Of a stretch of DNA of 64,000 nucleotides, positions 11,057 to 37,084 are shown in pieces. Source of the stretch: Oopsacas minuta (lineage: Eukaryota > Animalia > Porifera); the NCBI GenBank assembly GCA_024704765.1, contig JAKMXF010000288.1, positions 485,445 through 549,444 on the forward strand. The letters are read 5' to 3'. A model generated the notes under the pieces. The model searched no databases. It was not told the origin of the DNA and saw nothing but the letters and a program-made list of their open reading frames with translations. Both the position numbers and the translations under genes were made by a program. Positions within the stretch are counted from its first letter, which is position 1; each line of letters opens with the position of its first letter.

Positions 11057-14000
11057 ATGTTTAGATTCAGAACTTTATTGAAATTCCACAATTCGCTAGT
11101 TGCTATTAATAGTAACAAATCTACTAACCATATTCTTACACGAAACAACCACCTAACTAACGAACAGTATCGTATCTATGGTAAGAGGTGAGGTGTTAAG
11201 ATTAATCATATTATACACACACCAGTTATTGTGCTATTTATAGATTGTGTCGGTATATGAGTGATACATCAGATGACCAATCAAAAGAGGATATAGTGGT
11301 GGTGGAATCTAAGCCACTAGTGGGAAGTGGTGAGTCACTTCAGCCAATTAAAATTCCTGATGTGTTTCCAGAGGTTTGTTTTCTTGTTTGTTTACTTGTT
11401 TGTTTGTTTGTTTGTTTGTTTGTTTGTTTGTTTGTTTGTATAATTTTTCGTATTCGTTAGTTTGTTCACTTGTATATATACATGTTTATTTTAATATGGA
11501 ACTAACAAATCTAGGTTCCAATTATAATCCTAGACAGAAACCCAGTATTCCCTAAATTCATCAGAATGGTAGAAATCTCTGAGCCAAATCTTGTCAAGAT
11601 CCTACGCGCCAAATTACGTATACGTCAGCCTTATGCTGGCGCATTCCTACGTAAAGACCCGTTGCCTAGCAACGAGAACACAGACCAATCTCCCCCCGAA
11701 GTATGCACAGATCTGGAGAGTGTCTACCCAGTAGGTGAGTAGTTATTCATACGGATAAGTTCATACGCTTAATGTTACTATTTTTAGGGACATTTGTACA
11801 AATATCAGATGTACATGACATGGGAGAAAGGATTAGAATGATCCTCCTTGGACACAGGTATGTAACTATGGAATGTTTGAGCTTTTTATAGCTGCCACTT
11901 TGGGTGTCAGGTATTGATTTGTTGTTGTTGACAAACTTATTGTAGACGTATAAAGATAACAGGAATCATAGATACATCTCAACAATCAAAATCTGAGGAA
12001 GAAGTGGCACAAAATGTGGCACAAGTGGCAGAGGACACAAAACCAATATTAATGGTGTCTGTTGAGAATTTGTTTACAAACACATTTAAATCAGATACAG
12101 AATCAAAAGCTCTATCTGCAGAGATTATTAAGACTATTCGAGATATTATGAGTCTGAATCAGCTGTATAAAGAATCACTTTCACACCTTTTGGATTCTGG
12201 GAAGAAAGATATTAACGCGCCATCTTCTCTCGCGGATTTCGCGGCTGCTCTCTCTAGCTCTGAACCACCTCTGGTACAACAGGTGAGAATTGAACCCTAT
12301 TATTACTGTGCTGACTATACATTGTATAGTGGCATGAAGCAGGAGGCCAATCTGAAGGGCTTAAGTCCGAACTTGGATTTAATCATATTTTCACACCTTT
12401 TGGTGAATTTTTCATAATTATCCTGGAGACTATCTTCCAGGTGTCAGTATAGTCTAAACAAATTCAAACAATAAGCTGATTTAATTTATACATACTCAAA
12501 AACAAATAAACAAACAAACAAACAAACAAACAAACTAGTAATATATTTGTAGGCCGTAGTTATAATTATTTGACACACAAACTAATCTTCCTTTTGGAGT
12601 TATAGCTACTCCTTGCGTGTAATTGAACATTCCTTTTTGGTGTCCTTCTTCTCCTATTGTGTGTAGGAGATTGCCTTCTGGAGAAAATACCCGAATTGAA
12701 TTTGTGTCTCTATCGCTAATAACAAAGTTGTTAAGTAGATCTATACAGAAGAAGTGAGGGCGTAACACATCCATTCCTTCTCCTTTCGTGATGAGGGTGT
12801 TTAGTTGCATTCCCTCTAGGGTTAACACATGCATGCACGAGTTGGTATTTGGACACAGTACGTACACGCGGTCACTTGACACTTTCACATCATATGGTCG
12901 ATATATTGACTGGTGAGTAATGTCGCGTATATAGTTCAGATGAGCGCCGTATACACTGATTCTGTCGTTGTTAGTGTCTGCTACGAACACGTGACCAATC
13001 TGATCAGTTGTTAGTTGTCTAGGAAAGTCGAATTGTCCTTTGTTTGAGCCCTTACCTCCTACCCACCTAACTAGACTCATGTTAGTTAGTCTGTATTTGT
13101 TAACAGTGTGATCTCCCCAGCAGCTGACATACAAACTGTCTGCGTGAATTGCTAAACCGTATGGCTTATCCAGTTCTCCTACACCCAGCTGTTTGAGGTA
13201 TTCTCCTGCAGCAGAAAATATCTCTACTGTGTTATTGTTGCGATTTGCTACGAAGATTTGGTGTGTGGCTTTATGTATAGGCAGGATGGCTACACCTGAT
13301 GGATAGTACAACTCGCCAGGATCTGAACCTCTCTTAGCAGTAGCGACAGTGGACGTTTTGAATGTACCATAATCTGGTACTCCTATTGCAACCTCTACGA
13401 TCTTACCGAGATGGGAGATTCTCCTTTCTAGGTCACGTTTGTTACACTCCCATTTTAATTTGGTCTCTACTCCCATTTTATTTCGCAGGTCTCGTAATTT
13501 GTCTTCAAATTCTTGAACAATTCTCTCCTGTATGAGTTGGAGGGGCTTTTCTCTCAGGTCTCCTTGGAGGTGTGCCTGGGCCGCAGTCAATTGGACGATC
13601 ATTTGTTGTTGAGCGATCTCTCCGGCTTTCTTATCCTTGTGTGCGTTGCGGACTTTCTTCAGTAACTCAACTCTGCGGGCATTCAGTAGCCCTATGAGAC
13701 CATCTATGGTTCGGTTAATGTGTTCCTCTATGGGGTCTACGAATTCTGGGGCGATTGAGTATCGGTATGCCATTCGGTGATGAATGTTGGGATAGTTTAG
13801 ATATGAATTGGTTGCTAGGGATAATCTTGTGTATTTATAGCTGTTATATGATTTAGTTTGTACAAGTAAACAAACAACAATAATTAGGTGATGTGAGTAT
13901 ATTTCTTGTTAGAATAAACACGAAGTTATACAGCTGTATGTTATTATGTCTCGTTGCTAGGATACTGTAAGGAATGTGGTTTAAAGTTCTTTCTCAGTAA

Positions 14001-17000
14001 ACTTATTTCTATAATTTGCAAATAACAAAATATCAAATTTCTTAATTAAAATATATTTACTTTAATTTGTGTTCCAAATTGTTTGTTGTTTTCTCTAAAT
14101 TTGTTGTTTGTTTGTTTATGTCTCGTGTTTATATCTTTTGTCTTCTGATTAATCGTGTGAGATGTCCTGTGTATCTCTCATTAGTTATTCTAGAACTAAT
14201 TATGTATTATAGTTCTATATTCTTGTCATTATTTGGACCATGTTGACCATTGATATGTACATATGGAGTTTGTAGGGTCCCAGAGGGGTCTATTGGAGAG
14301 GTCAGGCTACTGACCCTCTTTCTGAATATGGTGTTTAATTATCGTCCCTATTAGGTGTTGGAAGAGCTTGATGTTAAGAAACGCCTTTTTCTTAGTCTAG
14401 AGCTTGTAAAGCGGGAGCTGGCTGTTGCTACATTACAGCAACAGCTGAGTAGAGAAGTTGAAGATAAAGTAAACAAAATGCAACGAAAATATTTACTTCA
14501 AGAACAGCTGAAAATTATACGAAAAGAATTGGGAATTGAGAAAGATGATAAAGAACAGCTGAGAGAGAAGTTTATGGAGAAAATGAAAAAGGTAAATAAC
14601 AACAATTATTTGTTGGTAAACACATTCTGTATGACTGTTCATTTTTCATCTTTACAGCTTAGTATATAGCGGGTATTTGGTTTAGGCGGGAATTTTTGCG
14701 CGCTCAAATCCAGATATAGGCGGGGGAATTTCGGCGCTTAAATTCATGTTTTAATAATAAAAATAATAAAATATTTGTGGATATTATTAAAATTGTGTCG
14801 TCATAGTTATCACCTCCAGAACAAGTGGCAGAAGTGTTCGAGGAGGAACTGACAAAGTTGTCGCTACTCGACACAAACAGCTCAGAATTTAGTGTCACTA
14901 GAAACTATCTTGATTGGTTAACTAACATTCCTTGGGGACAAGCTAGTGATGAGAGATTTGATCTGTCAGAAGCTAAGAATATTCTAGAACAAGATCACTA
15001 CGGTTTAGATGATATTAAGAAACGCATTCTTGAGTTCATAGCCGTATCCAAGCTGAGAGGAGGGGTACAGGGGAAGATCCTCTGTTTCTGTGGTCCCCCT
15101 GGGGTCGGGAAGACAAGTATTGGACGGTCAATTGCGCGGGCTTTGAACAGAAATTATTTTCGATTTAGTGTCGGTGGGTTATCAGATGTGGCAGAGATCA
15201 AAGGACATAGGAGGACATATGTTGGTGCTATGCCTGGCAAATTGATACAAGCGCTTAAAAAGGTTAGTTCCAGTTGTTAACACCTTTTTACACATAGTTC
15301 CATATTATACACATATTATTAGGTACAAACTGAGAACCCACTAATCTTGATAGATGAGATAGACAAGCTATCAAGAGGGTATCAGGGAGATCCTGCATCT
15401 GCCCTCCTAGAACTATTGGACCCTGAACAGAACAAGAATTTCTTGGACCACTATCTTGATGTTCCAATTGACCTCTCTAAAGTTCTATTTATAGGAACAG
15501 CTAACGTGACAGACACTATCCCCGCTCCTCTTATAGACCGGATGGAGATTATTCACGTGTCTGGATATATCAGTTCTGAAAAGGTGAGGTGTTATAATAC
15601 AGAACTATGGGTTATTAGTTTCACATAACATCACCCATAATGCACCATGGATTAACACTTGTATATATTATAGTGTAACCTAACAAATCGGTATTTAGCT
15701 TAAGGCGTGAAGTGGTTTAGTGTCACAATGTGTTACTCTACAGGTAGAAATAGCAAAGAGACACCTACTGCCAGAGGCTCTGACTCAGTGTGGAATATCA
15801 ACCAATCAAATTACACTCACAGATAATGCTATTAACACCTTAATAAGTTCCTATTGTAGAGAGAGTGGTGTAAGAAATTTACAGAAACAGATAGATAAAG
15901 TTCTGAGGAAATCTGCGCGCCAAATAGTAGAATCAGCTGATTTCAAACCAATTCAGGTATACATGGCATTTTTGTATCATAGCAACCAGTTATTACCTAT
16001 GGTATTTATAGATAAATGCTGATAATTTGAGTGATTACGTTGGGAAGCCTGTGTTCCCCTCAGAGAGGATGTACCAATTGACACCTCCAGGGGTCATATT
16101 GGGCCTTGCTTGGACAGCTATGGGGGGATCAACCTTGTACATAGAGTCTGTACCAATCAACCAATCAAAAGATAGAGTAGGGGGTCTGCAATTGACTGGC
16201 AAACTTGGTGACGTCATGAAGGAGTCCGCACAGATCGCACTTACAGTAGCTAAAGGATTCTTACACGACCCCGGTAAGATTAATCACATTCCTTTGTATC
16301 CTAACATCTCGAATAGTAGCCCCCTTCAATGATACCCTCCCTCGCTAAGGGGTGTAGCTAAATACCAACGAGGTAGCCATGGAAACTGGGACATAACACG
16401 TATAGAATGCTATGATCATGGTGTGTAGTATGTGATTATATGTTATGTTCCCCGTCTAAAGGTGTTACATTGTGAATAATCACCCCCAGGCTACTATTTG
16501 AGGTTTATTAGAAATATCCTTTAATTCAAGTTCTTATGTTTCCATGGTTACAGAATTTTTAGTTAGAATGTTTGTAATTATTCTAATACTATCTAGCTTA
16601 TCTCTCTATGGATACAGATTTCTTTGAAAAGAATGCAATACATTTACACGTGCCAGAAGGTGCAACACCTAAAGATGGTCCCTCAGCGGGTGTTACCATG
16701 GTAACGTCGTTGTTGTCTCTAGCAATCGGTAGATCTGTGAAACAGGATTTAGCTATGACTGGTGAAATTAGTCTAACCGGTTTGTTAATCTAATTATAAG
16801 AACACTGTCAGTTGGGAATTGTATGAGCTCCACCGCCCCCATCAAGTTACCTGTCCAATTGGGCACTGGTGGACAATTAGAGAGGACCAACCGTATTTAG
16901 AAGTAGACTCATTGAAATATTTCCATGAATTGGACACTTTGTATTATAAAACAAGTTTCTCATTAACAGAGGCCTTAGCCTGGCTATCATATCTATCCAA

Positions 17001-17218
17001 TTTGTATATGTATATTTTGACACCTTTTAGGGAAAGTACTTCCGGTTGGAGGCATCAAAGAGAAGCTCATTGCTGCCAAGAGAGAAGGTGTTAAGTATGT
17101 GATACTACCCTCTGGAAATCAAAGTGATTATCATGATTTAGCAAACTCGATAAAAGACGGATTAGAAATTAGTTTTGTTTCTGAATACAGAGAAGTTTAT
17201 AGAATTGCTTTTGAGTAG
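11057..17218 (+). CDS. LONP1: Mitochondrial Lon protease
   Basis: Basic targeting-like N-terminus [11 protein letters not shown], Walker [31 protein letters not shown], catalytic region [17 protein letters not shown] and PVGGIKEK. About 11-12 exons; stop TAG at 17216-17218. Confidence 0.97.
12535..13773 (-). CDS. Intronless coiled-coil plus six-NHL-repeat beta-propeller protein (TRIM2/3/71-like C-terminus, no RING/B-box); nested in a LONP1 intron
   Basis: 412-aa ORF with NHL repeats (PSGVAI...[37 protein letters not shown]-like [14 protein letters not shown]). Confidence 0.9.
   Translation of the reverse strand: MAYRYSIAPEFVDPIEEHINRTIDGLIGLLNARRVELLKKVRNAHKDKKAGEIAQQQMIVQLTAAQAHLQGDLREKPLQLIQERIVQEFEDKLRDLRNKMGVETKLKWECNKRDLERRISHLGKIVEVAIGVPDYGTFKTSTVATAKRGSDPGELYYPSGVAILPIHKATHQIFVANRNNNTVEIFSAAGEYLKQLGVGELDKPYGLAIHADSLYVSCWGDHTVNKYRLTNMSLVRWVGGKGSNKGQFDFPRQLTTDQIGHVFVADTNNDRISVYGAHLNYIRDITHQSIYRPYDVKVSSDRVYVLCPNTNSCMHVLTLEGMQLNTLITKGEGMDVLRPHFFCIDLLNNFVISDRDTNSIRVFSPEGNLLHTIGEEGHQKGMFNYTQGVAITPKGRLVCVSNNYNYGLQIYY
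16320..16484 (+). repeat. Dispersed repeat, copy 1 (in a LONP1 intron)
   Basis: Closely similar to 41883-42086 (CCCCTTCAATGAT...GGAAACTGGGACATAACACG...GTGAATAATCACC); lacks an internal segment of about 40 bp. Confidence 0.8.
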
Positions 17219-17375
17219 GTTTGTTTGTTTGTTTGTTTGTTTGTTTGTTATTTGTTTGGTTTGTTTTCATTTCAACATTTCACTTAGAATTTATAATTTT
17301 TTATTGTTGTTTTCCAAATTTAATTATTTTCATAAAACTGTAATGATTTCTGTCATAAATGTGTCGGTTAATTAG

Positions 17376-17729
17376 ATGGAATTGTGTCCACACACCAAAC
17401 AATCAGTTTACCTTCTCAACGGAATCAATACTGAAATATGTGTTATAAAGTTCTCTGACACAATTTTAGTGTCTCTCAACCAAATCAACAAAATTGGCAC
17501 AATTTTATTAGCTAAACAACCGCCAAATTTATTCGAAGATTCAGATGCGACACCAATAATATCGACACTTTTGGGTAAAGATGACCCTGCGACACATTTA
17601 TACGCCAGAGCTCTGGTGGAACAAATCCCTAAACAATACTCTTTGGTGTTATTCTTGGGATTAAAATCACACATTCCTGAAGATGTCAAGTTGGTTGTTA
17701 AGATGTTTAGAGAGAATATGCTATTCTAA
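17376..17729 (+). CDS. PSMG3: Proteasome assembly chaperone 3
   Basis: 117-aa single-exon ORF with FSDTILVSLNQINKIGTIL and STLLGKDDPATHLYARAL, typical of PAC3. Confidence 0.88.
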   Translation: MELCPHTKQSVYLLNGINTEICVIKFSDTILVSLNQINKIGTILLAKQPPNLFEDSDATPIISTLLGKDDPATHLYARALVEQIPKQYSLVLFLGLKSHIPEDVKLVVKMFRENMLF

Positions 17730-17874
17730 TTTATATGTATATTTCACGCCTTATGGCAGGATTAAATTTACATATTCCTGGGTGTTACGCGCCCATTTTA
17801 TATGTATATTTTCACACCTTAAGATCACCCGTATAACTGATACAATTAATAACTACAAATTTCTCAGTTCTAAT

Positions 17875-32017
<14,143 letters not shown>

Positions 32018-33495
32018 TCCAATCTCCAATATGCGTTGCTAGGGAAAGAAGTGAAGAATGTTTGAGTTCGAAAGTTTCTAATATATTTGTAATAATTAAG
32101 TAAATGTGAATATATTAATAAAATATCAAAAAGTAAGAATTAATAGGAAAGTGTCTAATAGCGCGCAAAAAGTGTCGAGTGACAGGTGTCAAAATAGTGT
32201 CGATGTGGCACATAAGTGGCGGTATTATCATAGTTCCGTATTGTATTGATTTACATTCCAATTCGGTTTCACTACGTGTGGGTAAATATTAATCTAGAAA
32301 CCATAGCATTAAAACGGCCATCCTCGAGTTAGGTGCTTTATTTCATAAAATGAAGTATTACGAATTCCAATGAATTTGTACGGTTGCTATGATTATATTG
32401 TGTTGTGATTTGTTTGTTGTGAGAGGTAGGAAGTGGCATGGGTGGTTATTGTGTCGCGTTTGTGTTGTAGTGCTATTTTTAGTCTATTTTACTTTTCTGT
32501 TATTATGTGTGATAAGTTCATTACTTGTTAGTATACAAGTTTGTTTATATTTACAATTGTGCGAAAAGTTTATATGGCTAATTTGTTTGTTTACAAGTTT
32601 GTTTACTTATTGTTGTTGTTGACAACTTTCTGATATACGATTCATAGAAGAATTCTCAAATTTGATTCGTTGACTATATTCAGTCTTTCTTATTTGTTTG
32701 GTGAAAGGTTTGTTGTTATTTGCATTATTTTGTTGTTTACATTTATTGTTGTTTTTTGCAGGAAATGTACATAAAATGTGTTTGTTGCAAGCTATGCTAT
32801 TATTAGCAAATATGTATATATCGTAAATAACAACACATTGATTGTTATCCTCCTTAACAACGCTCAATAACACAGGAATGTTAATTACTTGTACATATCA
32901 TGGCGTCATATTATCACCCATTATTTGTGGGGCACATATCCCATGGGTGCTTAACACCTTCTGATAATTAAATTATAGGAAGTGTTATAAGAAATTCGTT
33001 AAATATTGTTGAGCAAGCGTGACGTCATTTATTTACTTGTTTATATTTTGTATTGAAACTATCATTTACTGACACTTAACACCTCAAGGTGTCTTGTTAT
33101 TGGACCTTATATTGGTGTGTGTAATCCAATAGTTAGTAATCTGCATATAGTAGTACATTCCTATTGACTTATTCATCACTAAGGAAAGTTGGGTAGATTT
33201 TTAAACTATTTTTACTTTGTATTTATTGATTTGTTTTGTATTATTAATATTGTTTATGTAATTTGTTGCTAATAATAACTTTGGCCAAATTTGTAAATTT
33301 ATTAAAATTCCCTAAATTATTGGTTTCAGTTCTATTTTATAATTTTTGAATAAAAATTTCAGGACTTTTGTGTGTTTGGAAATTCCAGGTTTATTTTAGT
33401 AATTCAATAAAAGTACCCTCACAGTTTAGTTGTATAAATAAATGTGTATACAAATTGGCGCCTGAATTCTTTAAGTTTCATATAATATATTCACA

Positions 33496-34140
33496 ATGTC
33501 TGATGATTTGGACTTTTGTGTCCATCCTGATGAATTGGGAGCTTATTTAAAAGGGGATGGATGCGACACATGCGTTTACACCTCACTTCGTGATGTATTC
33601 AACTCTCCTGACTTGAGTGGGACTGCGGGTACAATGAATTTGGACCCTACCCTCGACACTTTTCTAACACCTCAACAGCCAGAGAAGTATTACACGCCGT
33701 ATCATCATACACCTCCTCAAATTGTGTCGCCTATAATGACACACAATAATTTCGCTAGCAACGAACCACAACAAAGGAATTTGACACCTATCGTTACACT
33801 AAAACTCCCGAAACAATTCACACCCCACAGGTCCAATTCCCCGCTGGTTCATCGTCTGAGTTCCATAAGTTGTCTATTTGTAGAGGGGTGGGTCGGCAAT
33901 TGTGAAAAGAGGTCCAAGTATTTGTCCTCTCAGAAGCTTGAAGATGTGATTATCCAATTATTAGATATACGGAAAATACGTAGAAAGAAACCAGAGGAAC
34001 TGAAATCAATTATGAAACCAATTCTAACACCTGATCAGCAGGTTAAGGTGTTAGAAGCACGGAGGAAGATGATGAGGAGGACCAATAAGAAACTCAGACC
34101 CTCCCACCTCCCAATTACACCCCATATTATGTCCTCTTGA
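33496..34140 (+). CDS. Intronless protein with a P/T-rich N-terminus and a degenerate CNC/Maf-like helical-basic region, without a leucine zipper
   Basis: 214-aa ORF. LDIRKIRRKKPEELKSIMKPILTPDQQVKVLEARRKMMRR resembles the CNC/Maf pre-basic region and the neighbouring bZIP-like genes. Similarity judged by eye. Confidence 0.5.
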   Translation: MSDDLDFCVHPDELGAYLKGDGCDTCVYTSLRDVFNSPDLSGTAGTMNLDPTLDTFLTPQQPEKYYTPYHHTPPQIVSPIMTHNNFASNEPQQRNLTPIVTLKLPKQFTPHRSNSPLVHRLSSISCLFVEGWVGNCEKRSKYLSSQKLEDVIIQLLDIRKIRRKKPEELKSIMKPILTPDQQVKVLEARRKMMRRTNKKLRPSHLPITPHIMSS

Positions 34141-34784
34141 TACCATCTTGTACATCTCTCTATAACATTAATTGTAATTAGTTTCAGTTGCAATTCAATA
34201 CTCTTAGTTATGTCTCTTAACGTATAATATATTGTGGTTCTTGTTCTTTAGTTATATACGTGAGTAGTTTCAGTTTTGTTTTAGCTAATGAACCATAATT
34301 ATAGATCTGGCGCGTAAATTGTGTCGGCTGGAGGTAGTGTCACAATAATTGTAACACTTCTGTGAATTCCTTTTGCATATTTTATCACCATGGACGAATT
34401 ATTTTCTGTTTGATGTATGAATAATTAATTTCCCACTCTGAGGGACAGAAAGTGTCCGGTCCTTATCTCATAGGTTAAACCCATAAAATAATTGGTGGTG
34501 AAACCACTTGCACCACTTCTTAGATGGCAACCATATATCATATGTGGAATGTATTTGTGAATTAAACTTTTGTCCAATTTCTGACCAGTTGTGTATTCGA
34601 GTTTATCGTCCAATCGGATTATATACAGGAGATGGTTAACACCTCGGTCATTAGTACTTTATAGTTTCAGTTCCAATTTGGTGTTATATTGGTCAGGTCC
34701 CTATCAACCAATCAAATGTAGCGCAGCAGCAAATTTATTGAAAGCAAAATAACAAATATTTTCTAACAAACAAATTTATTAATA

Positions 34785-35165
34785 TTAACATTCCATATTT
34801 AAGGATTCCCTGTAGAATGAGATCTCATTTGCCAGGTCCGCTCTCTCCTCCTCCAGGAGTCTCTTGGTCCTCAGGAGATCACAAACTTGTGTGTCTAGTC
34901 CTGACATTACGGACCTATCCCTCATCCTTTGGTTCCGTTTATCAACAGCTTTTTTCCTGGAATACCTCATGTTAAGGATGGGAGCACTGACCAAAGGAGA
35001 CACATTAGCCTCTCTGAAGAGTCTGTTCACGATCGATCCGTTTATGGACAACAGGGCTGAATAATCGATCAGCTGAGCAAGGGGTTCCCCTCTATTCACC
35101 AATTCCTGCCAATTGGACACAAGGACAGGGTGTAGGGGTCTAAAATTCACACCTTTGAGATCCAT
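34785..35165 (-). CDS. Small divergent CNC/Maf-like bZIP protein (copy A)
   Basis: 126 aa: helical pre-basic segment, basic region MRYSRKKAVDKRNQRMRD, and zipper heptads L-DTQVCD-L-LRTKRL-L-EEERAD-L-ANEISF-Y. Confidence 0.72.
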   Translation of the reverse strand: MDLKGVNFRPLHPVLVSNWQELVNRGEPLAQLIDYSALLSINGSIVNRLFREANVSPLVSAPILNMRYSRKKAVDKRNQRMRDRSVMSGLDTQVCDLLRTKRLLEEERADLANEISFYRESLNMEC

Positions 35166-35848
35166 TCAATTCTCAACTTATTCAATCCACCTGCGAATTA
35201 GAACCAAAGAGAATATTTATAGACTCAGTTCTGCTATGCTAATGGTTCATTAGTTGCATCTGGAGCCAAAAATAAGCTCCCCACTATAGCTATAGCTTAC
35301 ATAATACAATATGGAACTACGTTTATGTATTCATACAATTAGTGTCAATATGTAATGAACTCAACCCATTAATCTGATTGGTTAAAGAGGAGAGGGACTG
35401 TTCTAATGCGTTCAGTTTTTATTGAAACTGAAAGTATAAAATTCATATAAATAACTAAGAAATGTGTTTAACAATAAAAAATTAAACAAATGGATCTCAA
35501 AGGTGTGAATTTTAGACCCCTACACCCTGTCCTTGTGTCCAATTGGCAGGAATTGGTGAATAGAGGGGAACCCCTTGCTCAGCTGATCGATTATTCAGCC
35601 CTGTTGTCCATAAACGGATCGATCGTGAACAGACTCTTCAGAGAGGCTAATGTGTCTCCTTTGGTCAGTGCTCCCATCCTTAACATGAGGTATTCCAGGA
35701 AAAAAGCTGTTGATAAACGGAACCAAAGGATGAGGGATAGGTCCGTAATGTCAGGACTAGACACACAAGTTTGTGATCTCCTGAGGACCAAGAGACTCCT
35801 GGAGGAGGAGAGAGCGGACCTGGCAAATGAGATCTCATTCTACAGGGA
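34807..35848. repeat. Inverted duplication: 360-bp arms (34807-35166 and 35489-35848) around a 322-bp spacer
   Basis: The arms were identical in every segment I compared, and the two ORF translations differ only in the last 6-7 residues. Confidence 0.92.
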
Positions 35849-35870
35849 CTTATCAACCATCCGCGTATGA
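35490..35870 (+). CDS. Small divergent CNC/Maf-like bZIP protein (copy B)
   Basis: Same sequence as copy A up to EISFYR, with a different C-terminal tail (DLSTIRV). Confidence 0.72.
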   Translation: MDLKGVNFRPLHPVLVSNWQELVNRGEPLAQLIDYSALLSINGSIVNRLFREANVSPLVSAPILNMRYSRKKAVDKRNQRMRDRSVMSGLDTQVCDLLRTKRLLEEERADLANEISFYRDLSTIRV

Positions 35871-36316
35871 TAATGTAATTAGTATAAGCATTCTGATTGG
35901 CTGAGCTGGCAGGCGCGCTTCTTCTCAAAATCTAGGCAAAGATAGGTTATTATTTAATTAATTTTACGCGCCTTTTTTGGGAATTTTTGCTTTTATTAAA
36001 TTAAAATATTGCATTTTTCACATTTTTCTTGGAATTATATTTCTTAGAATTTTCTAGAATTTTTTGTTAATTTTTCTAAAATTATTTATTAATGAAAATT
36101 ATAAATATTTCCAAATTTGTAAATTTTGTTATTTAATTTCTGAGATTTATAATTTTAATATTTTCACTTTTTGAGGTGTCAATATTTTCTAAAATCATTT
36201 CAAAGTTAGAATTGAATTTTCCAATTATTTTATTGTGAAAATCGTGAATATTTTCAGAAATTTCTTATCTGAGAATTTCTATATTTTACTCATTTATTAT
36301 TTGATTTTCTTGACTA

Positions 36317-36489
36317 CAGTGGAGTCTCCCAAAACGGACACTCCGTATGGCGCACAACACCTCTACAACGGACAAGCTTGTGTAACTAAATAATTTATAA
36401 TACATGTAAATAATACTGAGAAGAGGACATCTCATCTACAAAGGATAAAATCTAATCTCCAATGTGTCCGCTATTGGGAGACTCCTCTG
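36317..36489. mobile_element. 173-bp Tc1/mariner/pogo-type MITE
   Basis: TA|CAGTGGAGTCTCCCAA ... TTGGGAGACTCCTCTG|TA: 15/16 TIR match, with TA on both sides. Confidence 0.8.
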
Positions 36490-37084
36490 TATACGAATCT
36501 TTGAATTCCTTATTCGTTCTTACAATCACAGCTGATAGCTGAGTATTAACAAACGTATCCTTCCCTCCTTCTGGCGCTTATATTTAGTAATATATGTGTC
36601 CCATATATCTATACCAGTGAAAAGAATGACAGTAGTTCTCGTTTATGCGTACACGAGCTGACTTCGAAATGTGTCCTATCCGTAAATTCTTATTTATGAG
36701 GTTCTACAGGATGTACCGGAAGTCTTAGAGCCTGTATGTACACCTTGCTGAGATTTACTTGTGTGGAAATTAGTTCAGGCGCCAGATCTGTCGACACTTG
36801 AATAATATTTAGGCGCGTAAACTCACAATATTTCCATAGGGGCATAAACTGTACAATTTTGTTTGATGATTGTTTTGAGTAATTTTCGCTTTTGGGCACA
36901 TTTCTCTGAAAGTTGGCGGATCAAATATGTCCTATTTGTTGACTAATCAATTACCAGAATTGTTTAAAGACACAAATCAGCCCCTTGAACTTTTAGCACC
37001 TTTTAGTATTTGTAATTATTACTGAATTGCAATTTCCGCGCTTAAAAAGGTATAAAAACATGAAAGAATTCTTAAATACAAAAA

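Noticed and set aside
16692-16705. Perfect X-box palindrome GTTACCATGGTAAC
   Set aside because: It lies inside the conserved Lon protease coding exon (GVTMVT) and is explained by the protein sequence.
34425-34613. 62-codon minus-strand ORF between the bZIP-like genes
   Set aside because: It has a TTG start, no recognisable family and no convincing flanking exons.
36640-36950. Possible small spliced gene on the minus strand
   Set aside because: A GTGAGT donor exists, but I could not build a consistent model or recognise a product.
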